From positions 5,179 to 69,178 of the forward strand of contig CAVPLG010000002.1 of the NCBI GenBank assembly GCA_963705945.1: 64,000 nt of DNA, in the 5' to 3' direction. This DNA is from an uncultured Actinomycetes bacterium (GTDB lineage: Bacteria > Actinomycetota > Thermoleophilia > Gaiellales > Gaiellaceae). Numbering within the stretch: position 1 is the stretch's first letter; each line of letters begins with the position of its first letter. Shown here piece by piece: positions 29,935-38,411 of this stretch. The position numbers and the translations under genes were made by a program. The notes under the pieces are model-generated. The model worked only from the letters and a program-made list of their open reading frames with translations, did no database searches and was not told the DNA's origin.

Positions 29935-30753
29935 TCACTTCCCTCCGTTCAGGCGGCCCTTGGCGTTGTCCGGGCGTCCGAGACCGGTCTTGAGGATGCT
30001 CACCGCGTCGTCGATCAGTGCGGCGCCCGGGCTGTTTGCGTCGTTGAGGCCGGGTCGCAGGGCGAGCCACCAGTCCTCGTTTGCGTAGACGAAGTAGAGC
30101 CTTTGCGACTGGGCATCGGTAAGCCGGAGCATGATCCAGCCGTCGCCACCATTCGGGTCGACGACGCTTGCCGTGGAGCTCGTGTCGCCCGACGTCCGCA
30201 GGACGAGAACGTCCTGGAGAACGACTTTCGAGAAGTGCTTCGAACCCTGCTCCGACGGGTACTTGATGCTGGCGACGAGGTCCACGTGGTCGCCGGCCTT
30301 GATGACGCCGGAGAGAAGCTGGTTCGGGTTGCCCGGGATCTGGATTGCACGGTACGTGCCCTTGAGCTGCGTGCGCACGCCTGCTTCCTCGATCGGGCCG
30401 AAACGGCGCGCGGTCACCTGCTCGCCGATGTAGATCGGCTGGGTCGCGATTAGACCCTGCACGTCCTCGGGCTTCGAGATCGTGCCGGCGACGATCGCCT
30501 TCCGCGGGATCTCCTGCGTCGTCAGCATCTTCTCGCCAATGACGTCGGAGCCAAGCGTGCCGAGCGGGATGTCGCGTGCCGCGACGAGGACACGGACGGT
30601 CTCGGAGTCCGCACGAACGCTGCTCTTGTAGTTCGAGACGTAGAAGACCGTGAGCAGCGCAGCGACAACCGCCAGGCCAACTGCGATGAGAATATTGCGA
30701 AGTCGATACGTCATGGCTCCTGTCCTTGGGTCGAGGATCGCTGGGGGGTTCAT
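29935..30753 (-). CDS. cpaB: CpaB/RcpC-type Flp pilus assembly protein (SAF plus RcpC domains)
   Basis: Intact 272 aa: TM anchor LRNILIAVGLAVVAALLTVFYV, VLVAARDIPLGT..L, AIQIPGNPNQLLSGVIKAGDHVDLV. Alternative start ATG at 30714. Confidence 0.85.
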   Translation of the reverse strand: MNPPAILDPRTGAMTYRLRNILIAVGLAVVAALLTVFYVSNYKSSVRADSETVRVLVAARDIPLGTLGSDVIGEKMLTTQEIPRKAIVAGTISKPEDVQGLIATQPIYIGEQVTARRFGPIEEAGVRTQLKGTYRAIQIPGNPNQLLSGVIKAGDHVDLVASIKYPSEQGSKHFSKVVLQDVLVLRTSGDTSSTASVVDPNGGDGWIMLRLTDAQSQRLYFVYANEDWWLALRPGLNDANSPGAALIDDAVSILKTGLGRPDNAKGRLNGGK

Positions 30754-30839
30754 CGGCAGACGCCCCCACGACCTTTACGGTCACTTGAAGATCGTCTGGG
30801 ATTCGGTCAAAGAAGAGGCCTCGAGACAGCTGTCACACG

Positions 30840-30867
30840 CGACGAGGCGCCTGTCGGCGCCCCGTCG
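30840..30867 (-). terminator. GC-rich hairpin (attenuator/terminator-like) between TadG-like 1 and cpaB
   Basis: CGACGAGGCGCC-TGTC-GGCGCCCCGTCG (11 bp with one mismatch). It is flanked by the palindromes GACAGCTGTC (30825-30834) and GAGGCCTC. The transcript continues ..CUCUUCUUUG. There is no clean U-tract. Confidence 0.3.
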
Positions 30868-30889
30868 GCAAGCTTTTGTCGGTGGAGCC

Positions 30890-31975
30890 TCAGCCGATGA
30901 GCTGGATGACCTTGAAGCCGTACGGCGAGTATCCGCCGACCGGGCAGGAGGTCGTCGACCCGCCGGTCGAGCACTGAGCTCCACCCGGAGCCCAGGAGCC
31001 GATGAACATCCCGTTGACCTGGTTGCTCGTGTAGGTCGTGATGATGAACCAGGCGAAGCCGACGACGGTGAACGGGTTCGAGTTCCCGTTGTTGAACTGG
31101 TCGATCACGGGGATGACGATGAGATTCGGGTGCGAGTACGTCGTCAGGGCGTACGAGCCGTCCGCCTGCGGGGCGAGGATCGAGTACGGATCGAAGTTCT
31201 GGATCACGCCGCGGGCGGACAGGCCCTGCCCGGTCGGCCCCGTGAGGTTCCCCGTCTCGGGGTCGAGCTTGTTGCCGACGCTCACCATGCAGGAGTTCTT
31301 CGAGCCCGCGATCAGGTTCTTGTAGTCGCTGCCGCCGCTGGACAGGTTGCAGTTGTCCTCGTTGATCGGAAGCCGCGCGGCGCCGAAGTTGCCCGAGCTC
31401 GCCTGGTCTCCGGATTTCACCTTGAACTGGATGATCTGACCCCACTTGATCGAGTCCTTGTCCGTCACCCACGGAGACATTCCCTTCGACCAGCCGGTGT
31501 AGCTTCCCGCGATCGCCTTGGCGCTGGCGGATTCCGAGAAGATCGAGAAACCGAGCACCTTCGCGAAGAAGCTCGGTGAGGTGGTGTCGGCCTGGCTGAT
31601 AGCGGTGTCGTTCGCGACGTACGTCGATGCGAAGGTGGTCGCGACGGTGCCGTCGGGCAAGTTCTTCGCCTTCACTGCTGCTGAGGCTGCACTAGCCGCC
31701 GACGTGCTCAGCGGCAGCTGCTGCGCCGCCGCCAACGCGGATCCGTCCGCAGCCGACTGTGCCTTCCGCTGCTGGCGGAAGCCGCCGCCCACGTCGATCA
31801 CGAACGCGCCCATGCCGATCAGCGCCACCGCTCCGACAGCCATCAGCGCCAGGACTTGGCCTGCATCGCCCCGAAGCTTGCACCGTAGTGCGAAGCGGCG
31901 GAGGGATCCGGTGGTACGGCTGAGTGTCATGGCGATCATCCTTTGCGCTCGCAGTGGAATCTCGGTCCGCCTCAT
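30890..31975 (-). CDS. TadG-like pilus protein (Tad_N / TadE-G-like N-terminus), copy 1
   Basis: Intact. GDAGQVLALMAVGAVALIGMGAFVIDVGGGFRQQRKAQSAADGSALAAAQQL (Tad_N signature); SGNFGAARLP; FTVVGFAWFIITTYTS..NGMFIG; ends ..KVIQLIG. The ATG at 31975 overlaps the TadE-like stop (ATGA). Confidence 0.75.
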   Translation of the reverse strand: MRRTEIPLRAQRMIAMTLSRTTGSLRRFALRCKLRGDAGQVLALMAVGAVALIGMGAFVIDVGGGFRQQRKAQSAADGSALAAAQQLPLSTSAASAASAAVKAKNLPDGTVATTFASTYVANDTAISQADTTSPSFFAKVLGFSIFSESASAKAIAGSYTGWSKGMSPWVTDKDSIKWGQIIQFKVKSGDQASSGNFGAARLPINEDNCNLSSGGSDYKNLIAGSKNSCMVSVGNKLDPETGNLTGPTGQGLSARGVIQNFDPYSILAPQADGSYALTTYSHPNLIVIPVIDQFNNGNSNPFTVVGFAWFIITTYTSNQVNGMFIGSWAPGGAQCSTGGSTTSCPVGGYSPYGFKVIQLIG

Positions 31976-32367
31976 TCGACCCGGTTCGTCGTACACGAGT
32001 TCAGGTTCCCCGATTTCACGACGAGGCCGATGAGATTGATCGAGTACGGGTAGGTCGCACAGACGGTCAGATCGGCGCCGGCCTGCCAGGTCGACGTGAT
32101 CGTGGTGGTGATATCGCTCTGGTTGAGATTCGCCGCCGATTGCTCGACCTTCGCGGTCGTTTGCGCGTCGTGTGTCGGCGACGTGCGGAGCACGGCGCCG
32201 TAGCGGGCGCCAGCTCGGACGCCATCCGTGAGCGCTAGGTAGTTGTTGAAGGTGAGACCGAGCTGAGCGATGCCGAGGATGAGCAGCAGCAGAATCGGAA
32301 GAACGATGGTGAACTCCACCATCGTCTGACCGCGCTGCTCACGAATCGACCTGCACCCCTTCGTCAT
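31972..32367 (-). CDS. TadE-like pseudopilin, copy 1
   Basis: Intact 131 aa. Class-III-like leader MTKGCRSIREQRG/QTMVEFTIVLPILLLLILGIAQLG (G/xxxxEF prepilin motif). About 65% identical by eye to copy 2. Confidence 0.8.
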   Translation of the reverse strand: MTKGCRSIREQRGQTMVEFTIVLPILLLLILGIAQLGLTFNNYLALTDGVRAGARYGAVLRTSPTHDAQTTAKVEQSAANLNQSDITTTITSTWQAGADLTVCATYPYSINLIGLVVKSGNLNSCTTNRVE

Positions 32368-32429
32368 GGTCCTCTCGCCTCACTCCGATTCGACTTCACC
32401 CATGATCGTCTCGGAGTGGGCAAACCTCA

Positions 32430-32445
32430 TCCCCCCGAAGGGGGA
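32430..32445 (-). terminator. UUCG-tetraloop hairpin between the two TadE-TadG modules
   Basis: Transcript: UCCCCC-UUCG-GGGGGA followed by UGAGGUUUG. It lies in the 111-nt spacer between the TadG-like 2 stop (32479) and the TadE-like 1 start (32367). Confidence 0.35.
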
Positions 32446-32478
32446 GCGTGCGCCGGTCCGTTCCGCGCGTAGGCGGGA

Positions 32479-33393
32479 TCAGCCGACGAGCTTGACCACC
32501 GAGGCGCCGTAGTAATCCGTGAACGACGGGGCCTCCTGGCCCTCCCAGGAGACCTTCTGGAGATAGCCCGTGATCGTCGCGTTGATGCCCTGCGCGGTCC
32601 AGCCCGTCACATAGAAGCCGGCCCAGCCGACGACCCGATACTGCATGTTCGAACCGGTTCCCTGCGTCGCGTCGTAGATCGGGAAGAGCAGCACCGAGTT
32701 GACGCGGGCATCCATCGCGCTCTGCACCTGCGACGGGTTGAACTTCGCGCCGGGGTCGGAGTAGTACCAGCCGAGCCCCATCGGACCCGAGTAGCCGCCG
32801 AGGATCCAACTTGCGAGCGTGGTCTGCCCGATACCGCCGCTCGAGCCGTCGATGTCGATCACCTTGAAGCCCCCGGGCCCGGCCTTGTTCAGGTCGAAGC
32901 TCGTGGGCGTCCCGTAGCAGGGACACCCCCCGCCGCTCAGGAAAGGCTCGCTCTTCGAGATGCCGAAGGGCGCCGCGTACATGGGGCTTGCCAGGTTGTA
33001 GGCGCGTGCGACGGCTGTCGCCTCGAGATTGACCGAGCTGATACCGATCGCGCGCGACAGAAAGCCGGGCGCGGTGCGCCGCGCGGTGACCGTGACCGTG
33101 TCGTTGGCAACGGTGTACGAGCTATACGTGATGTCGCCCGAGGAGACGCCGCCGTCGTTCTTGCCGGCGTAGTCGAGACCGAACGTCGTCGCCGTGGTCG
33201 TGTTGTCCGGGAGCGCCTGCGCCGCTGCGAGGGCGGACGCATCCGCCGCGCTCTGCGTCGCACGGTGAGCCCGAATCCACGATCCGACGTCCATCACGAA
33301 CGCGCCCATCGCGATGAGTGCGACGGCCGAGACGGCAACAACAGCCACCATCTGACCGCGCTCCGCTGCTGGAGAGAGACGCCGCTTCGTCAT
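32479..33393 (-). CDS. TadG-like pilus protein (Tad_N N-terminus), copy 2
   Basis: ATG at 33393 (ATGA overlap with the TadE-like 2 stop). RGQMVAVVAVSAVALIAMGAFVMDVGSWIRAHRATQSAADASALAAAQAL; GPGGFKVIDIDGSSGG; YRVVGWAGFYVTGWTAQGINATITGYL; ends ..SVVKLVG. Intact. Confidence 0.75.
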   Translation of the reverse strand: MTKRRLSPAAERGQMVAVVAVSAVALIAMGAFVMDVGSWIRAHRATQSAADASALAAAQALPDNTTTATTFGLDYAGKNDGGVSSGDITYSSYTVANDTVTVTARRTAPGFLSRAIGISSVNLEATAVARAYNLASPMYAAPFGISKSEPFLSGGGCPCYGTPTSFDLNKAGPGGFKVIDIDGSSGGIGQTTLASWILGGYSGPMGLGWYYSDPGAKFNPSQVQSAMDARVNSVLLFPIYDATQGTGSNMQYRVVGWAGFYVTGWTAQGINATITGYLQKVSWEGQEAPSFTDYYGASVVKLVG

Positions 33394-33800
33394 TCGACAC
33401 GCTCCGTTGTGCATGAGTTGAGGTCTCCCGCGCTGACGACGAGACCGATGAGGTTGACCGAGTACGGGTACGTGGCGCAGACCTTGAGGTCCGTGCCCGG
33501 CTGCCAGGTCGAAGTCACCGTCACGCCCAGCTTCGACTGATCGAGGTTGGCGGCGGACGCTTTCACCTTCGAGACGACCAGGCTCGACCGGTCGCAGGTT
33601 CCGCTGCAGCCGAGCGGCGCGCCGAAGCGCGCACCGACGCGAGTCGCGTCGGTCAGCTGCGTGTGATGGTTGAACGCGGTGCCAAGCTGGGCGATGCCCA
33701 GCAGGAGCAGGAGGAAGATCGGCAGGACGATCGTGAACTCGACCATCGTCTGCCCGCGCTCGCACCGGAGTGCCTTGAAGGAAGGAGCCCACCCGCCCAT
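33390..33800 (-). CDS. TadE-like pseudopilin, copy 2 (first gene of the Tad operon)
   Basis: MGGWAPSFKALRCERG/QTMVEFTIVLPIFLLLLLGIAQLG.. ..TSTWQPGTDLKVCATYPYSVNLIGLVVSAGDLNSCTTERVE. Intact. Start at ATG 33800 (or GTG 33806). Confidence 0.8.
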   Translation of the reverse strand: MGGWAPSFKALRCERGQTMVEFTIVLPIFLLLLLGIAQLGTAFNHHTQLTDATRVGARFGAPLGCSGTCDRSSLVVSKVKASAANLDQSKLGVTVTSTWQPGTDLKVCATYPYSVNLIGLVVSAGDLNSCTTERVE

Positions 33801-33915
33801 GAGCACACGATGGGTTGGGCACTGCCGGTCCTCATCCCCCGGCCGGGTGATTCTCGTGACCCGAGGGAGGGATCTTCGTCGGCGCTCGTCGCGCATCCCT
33901 CTGACGGGTAAAGGG

Positions 33916-33932
33916 GGACGGCCGCGCCGTCC
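33916..33932 (+). promoter_or_regulatory. perfect 7-3-7 inverted repeat overlapping the SD of the M15-like peptidase gene
   Basis: GGACGGC-CGC-GCCGTCC ends 1 nt before the ATG at 33934. The left arm overlaps the purine-rich SD AAGGGGGA (33911-33918). It could be an operator or an RBS-sequestering hairpin. Confidence 0.3.
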
Positions 33933-33933
33933 G

Positions 33934-34743
33934 ATGAGAGGGGGAGTCGTGCGCCTTCCCCGTCCTACCTCTGCGACCCTGCCAGTGCATTTCTTCTGGC
34001 TCTTCGCCGCTGCCGTCTTCCTCTTCGCCGGTGTCGTCTGGTCGGGGCAAAAGGCGCACGCGGAGCAGCTTTCGCCGTCCGCAGCGGCCAAGGCGGAGGC
34101 AGCGCGCAACGAGGCCGACCGCGAGCTCTTGCTCGGCCGGCTCCAGCTCGCGGGGATCGCGTCACGCCGCGCAGGGCCGGACCTGATCCCCACGCCGACG
34201 CGTGCCGTGGCCGTGTCGGCCGACGCGAGCGAGGTCGCGCTCGCGCGCTACGCCACGGCAGTCGGAGCGGACTCGATCGAGCAGCTCGTGCTCCAGTCCT
34301 CTTCAAGCCTCGCCCAGCGCGTGCTGGCCGACACGCGGATCGACCTCACCGCGGCCGGACGTAGCGACGTTGCGTCAGGCCGCGTCGACCCGCGCATCCT
34401 CGCTCTTCTTCGCTACCTCGCAGAGGCGCACGGCCAAGTGGGCGTCTCGTGCCTGATCACAGGCCATTCGCGCTTCGTCGCGCAGACGAAGGCCGAGAAG
34501 AAGGCAAAGGAGCCGCGGCACGTGTCAGCTCACATCTCGGGCCACGCGGTCGACATCTGGAGTCTGGGCGGAATCCCGATCCTCGGCAACCAGCAGCCCG
34601 GTGGGGTCACCGACCGCGCCATCGAGGAGATCCTCTCCCTGCCAGGTGTGCTCCAGCCGAGGCAGGTGATCTCCCTACTCGACCTCTCGGGGCCCTCCTT
34701 CCGGCTGCCGGATCATTACGACCACATTCATGTGGGGTATTAG
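33934..34743 (+). CDS. membrane-anchored LAS-fold zinc peptidase, M15 (VanY / D-Ala-D-Ala carboxypeptidase-like) signature
   Basis: Intact. N-terminal anchor LPVHFFWLFAAAVFLFAGVVW. SxHxxGxAxD signature in HVSAHISGHAVDIW, and terminal H-x-H in LPDHYDHIHVGY-stop. Divergent from the Tad operon. Confidence 0.6.
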   Translation: MRGGVVRLPRPTSATLPVHFFWLFAAAVFLFAGVVWSGQKAHAEQLSPSAAAKAEAARNEADRELLLGRLQLAGIASRRAGPDLIPTPTRAVAVSADASEVALARYATAVGADSIEQLVLQSSSSLAQRVLADTRIDLTAAGRSDVASGRVDPRILALLRYLAEAHGQVGVSCLITGHSRFVAQTKAEKKAKEPRHVSAHISGHAVDIWSLGGIPILGNQQPGGVTDRAIEEILSLPGVLQPRQVISLLDLSGPSFRLPDHYDHIHVGY

Positions 34744-34767
34744 GTGCTCCGCCTCTAGGCTCTCGAC

Positions 34768-35106
34768 GTGGCAGTAGTCCAGAAGGAAGACGGAACGGTC
34801 GTCTGCGCGAACTGCGTCGTCGCCGATTCCGCGTGGCTCCGCACAAAGGGCCTGCTCGGCCGATCGTCCCTCCGAGACGACGAGGGCATCCTGCTCCGGC
34901 CAGGGTCGTCGATCCACATGTTCTTCATGCGCTTCCCGATCGACGCCGTGTTCCTCGACAGGGAGCTTCGCGTGCTTCGCGTCGCCGCCGGGTTGAAGCC
35001 GTGGCGGATGGCGTCGAAGCGAGGCGCCAAAGCAGTGCTCGAGCTGCCCGCCGGGCGCTGCACACACGTGGGCGTGTCCGAGGGAGACCGCCTCGAGCTC
35101 GGGTAG
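34768..35106 (+). CDS. DUF192 (COG1430) domain protein
   Basis: Intact 112 aa: CVVADSAWLRTKGLLGRSSLRDDEGILLRPGSSIHMFFMRFPIDAVFLDRELRVLRV..KPW..AKAVLELPAG. This is the typical DUF192 pattern. Confidence 0.7.
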   Translation: MAVVQKEDGTVVCANCVVADSAWLRTKGLLGRSSLRDDEGILLRPGSSIHMFFMRFPIDAVFLDRELRVLRVAAGLKPWRMASKRGAKAVLELPAGRCTHVGVSEGDRLELG

Positions 35107-35192
35107 CGCTACGGCGCGCGGAGGATCTGCGTCGCGGTCGCCTTTGCGCGGCTGGCGCTCTTCAGGGTCACGACGAAGCGCAGAGCGAACGC

Positions 35193-37026
35193 TTACTCGA
35201 CCGTGACCGTCTTCGCGAGGTTCCGCGGCTGGTCGATGTTGAGGCCGCGGAGGCGGGCGATCTTGTAGGCGAGCAGCTGAAGCGGCACGACCGCGAGCGG
35301 CGCCTGGAGCAACGGGTGCGTCCGCGGGACGAAGATGACGTCGTCGGCGTGGTGCTGGATGTCCTCGTTGCCGTCAGTTGCGATCGCGATCACGTTCGCA
35401 CCGCGCGCGCGCACCTCCTGGATGTTCGACACGACCTTGTCGTAGACGGGCGAGTCGGTCGCGACGCAGACGACGGGCGTCTGCTCGTCGAGCAGCGCGA
35501 TCGGCCCGTGCTTCATCTCGCCGGCGGAGTACGCCTCGGTCGGGATGTACGAGATCTCCTTGAGCTTCAGCGCGCCCTCGAGGCAGACGGGAAGGCCCAT
35601 GTGGCGCCCGAGGTAGAGGAAGAACGGCTTGTCGTAGTGGCGCTGCGCGACCTCGTCGATCGGGTGGTCGCCGGCAAGGAAGTACGCCATCTTCGCCGGC
35701 AGCTCGTGCACCTCCTCGAGCAGTGCAGCGATCTCGTCGTCGGGCAGCGACTTGCGCACCTGCGCGAGCTTGAGCGCGACGAGGTAGAGGAGCGAGACCT
35801 GGGCAGTGAACGTCTTCGTCGCGGCGACACTCATCTCGAGGCCGGCCCGCGTGTAGAGCACCGAGTCCACCTCGCGCGTGATCTGCGTGCCCATCATGTT
35901 CGTGATCGGCGAGCGTGTGGGCGCGCGACTCCCGCGCGAGACGCATCGCGGCCAGCGTGTCGGCGGTCTCGCCCGATTGCGTGATGCCGATGACGAGCGT
36001 GTCCCTCGAGAGGACGGGGTTGCGGTAGCGCCACTCGCTCGCGATGTCGTGCTCGACGGGGATGCGCGCCCATTCCTCGATCGCGTACCGCGCGACGACG
36101 CCCGAGTGGTACGCGGTGCCGCAGGCGACGATGACGATGCGCCGGAGGTTGCGGATCTCCTCGTCGTCGAGGCCGAGCCCGTCGAGCTCGAGCCGCCCGT
36201 GGCGGATCCGGTCGCCGATCGTCTCCTCGATCGCGTCCGGCTGCTCGTAGATCTCCTTGAGCATGAACGTCTCGAAGCCGCCCTTCTCGGCCGCCTCGTC
36301 GTCCCAGTCGACCTCGTCGACGGTCCGGTCGACCTCGTCGCCGTCAACCGTCGAGAAGGTGGCGCCGTCCGGCGGTGACGGCGACGATCTCGTCGTCCTC
36401 GATGATCTGGACGCGTCCTCGTGTCGCGGAGGAAGGCGGCCGCCGTCGAGGCGAGGAACATCTCTACCGTTGCCGACGCCCACGAGCAGCGGGCACTGGT
36501 GGCGCGCGCCGACGAGCAGCTTCGGGTGCTCGCGGTGGGGACGACGAACGCGAAGTGCCCCTCCAGCTCGCGCGTAGGCGGCGCGGACAGCCTCGACGAG
36601 ATCGCCTTTGTAGTGGCGCTCGACGAGGTGCGAGATCACCTCGGCGTCCGTCTCGGACGAGAAACGATGGCCCTCCTCGACGAGCGACGCCTTCAGCTCG
36701 CGGTAGTTCTCGACGATCCCGTTGAGGACGAGGGTCGATGTCGCCGTGCTGGCAACCCGTCAGCGGGTGTGCGTTCTCGTCGCAGACGCGGCCGTGCGTG
36801 GCCCAGCGCGTGTGCCCGACGCCGGTCGTCGCGTCGGATGTCATCGACGCAGCCTCGTCCTTCAGACACTGGAGGTTGCCGACTGCACGGATGTCGTCGA
36901 ATCCGTCGTTCGTCGACGAGCGCGAGGCCGGCAGAGTCGTAGCCGCGGTACTCGAGCCGCTCGAGGCCGTATAGGAGGAGCGGCTTACACGGGCGAGGCT
37001 CCGACGTATCCGATGATCCCGCACAT
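35193..37026 (-). CDS. glmS: glutamine--fructose-6-phosphate aminotransferase (isomerising), frame-interrupted
   Basis: MCGIIGYVGA (ATG 37026). TGVGHTRWATHGRVCDENAHP; MLKEIYEQPDAIEETI; IVACGTAYHSGVVARYAIEEWARIPVE; ITQSGETADTLAA. The 3' third is intact in ORF 35193..36461 and ends ..DQPRNLAKTVTVE. At least 5 frame changes. Confidence 0.9.
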
Positions 37027-37043
37027 TTACGTCCCCTGTCCGA

Positions 37044-38400
37044 TTATTGCCCGTTTCGGCGGAAAATTCCTCCCCCGAGAAGCACGACGAGCCCGGCCTC
37101 CTCCCGCATCCAGCGTCGGGTGCGGTCAGCCGAGCTCCTTGCGACGAGCGCCGCGATGCTAGCACAGAGGCCGTTTGCGGCCTCCTGCGTCGAGGCTTCC
37201 GCGAGCACGCGCACGACAGGCTCGGTGCCCGACGGACGCACGAGAACGCGGCCGTCCTCGCCGAGCTCGTCGTTGGCGCGCTCGACATCGTCGCGGAGGG
37301 CATCGGTCAGCTCGGCGCGCCCGTCGACGGCAACGTTCTCGGTCGCCTGCGGGTAGCGCTCCATGACGGACACGGCCTCGGACAGCTCTCGTGCCGTCGA
37401 TCGCGCGACAGAGCAGCAGCGCCGCGACGAGCCCGTCTCCGGTCACGTGGCCGTCGAGCTAGATGATGTGGCCGGACTGCTCGCCGCCGAGCACCCCGCC
37501 CTCGCGCTTGAGCGCCTCGAGGACGTAGCGGTCGCCGACGTCGGTCGTCACGACGCGGATCCCCCGCTCCGCCATGAGCCGGTGGAAGCCGAGGTTCGTC
37601 ATCTGCGTGACTGCGACGAGCTCGACGCCGAGGTCGAGCGCGAGCACCGCGATGATCGCGTCACCGTCGACGACCTCGCCGCGCTCGTCGACCGCAAGCA
37701 TCCGGTCGCCGTCGCCGTCGAAGGCGACGCCGAGGTCGCAGCCTTCGCTGCGGACGGTCTCCTGCAACAGCGCGGAGGTCGGTGGCGCCGCAGCCGACGT
37801 TGATGTTCGTCCCGTCGGGCTGGTCGCCGATCGCGACCACGTCGGCGCCGAGCTCGGTCGAACGCCTTGGGCGCGATGCGCCGAGTACGCGCCGTTCGCG
37901 CAGTCGACGGCGATCGTGAGCTTCGAGAGATCGCTGCCGAAACGCTCGACGACGTGGCGGACGTAGCTCGAGCCGATCACCTCGAGGTTGTCGATGCCCC
38001 CTTCCTCTGCGCCCTGCGGCGCGTCGTCGAAGTGGCTCTCGATCTCCTCCTCGACCGCGTCCGTGAGCTTCTCGCCGTCTCCGTCGAAGAGCTTGACGCC
38101 GTTGTACTCAGGCGGGTTGTGCGACGCGGAGATGACGGCGCCGAGGTCGAGCGAGAGCAGCGCGACGGCGGGCGTCGGCAGGATGCCGGCGAGCACGGCG
38201 TGACCGCCTGCCGACGCGACACCCGAGGCGAACGCTCGCTCGAGCTCGCGGCCCGACGCGCGCGTGTCGCGGCCGATGAGCACCGCGCCGCCGTCTGCCC
38301 AGATCGTCGCCGCGCGCCCGACCCGCTCGACGAGCTCGGGAGTGAGCGTCTCCCCGACGACGCCCCGCACGCCGTCGGTACCGAAGTATCGGCGCCCCAT
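37044..38400 (-). CDS. glmM: phosphoglucosamine mutase, frame-interrupted
   Basis: [36 protein letters not shown] (active-site Ser) ..[33 protein letters not shown] / [16 protein letters not shown] / [20 protein letters not shown]. The stop is taken from ORF 37044..37373; an alternative TGA at 37126 is possible if a further indel exists. Confidence 0.85.
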
Positions 38401-38411
38401 CAGGCGCGAAG

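Noticed and set aside
37027-37130. Possible glmS ribozyme in the AT-richer leader upstream of glmS
   Set aside because: The spacer to glmM is only about 18-100 nt, depending on the glmM stop, whereas the ribozyme needs about 170 nt. I could not find the conserved core blocks (AGCGCC..GAACU.., GACGAGG..). It is most likely just an RBS-containing spacer.
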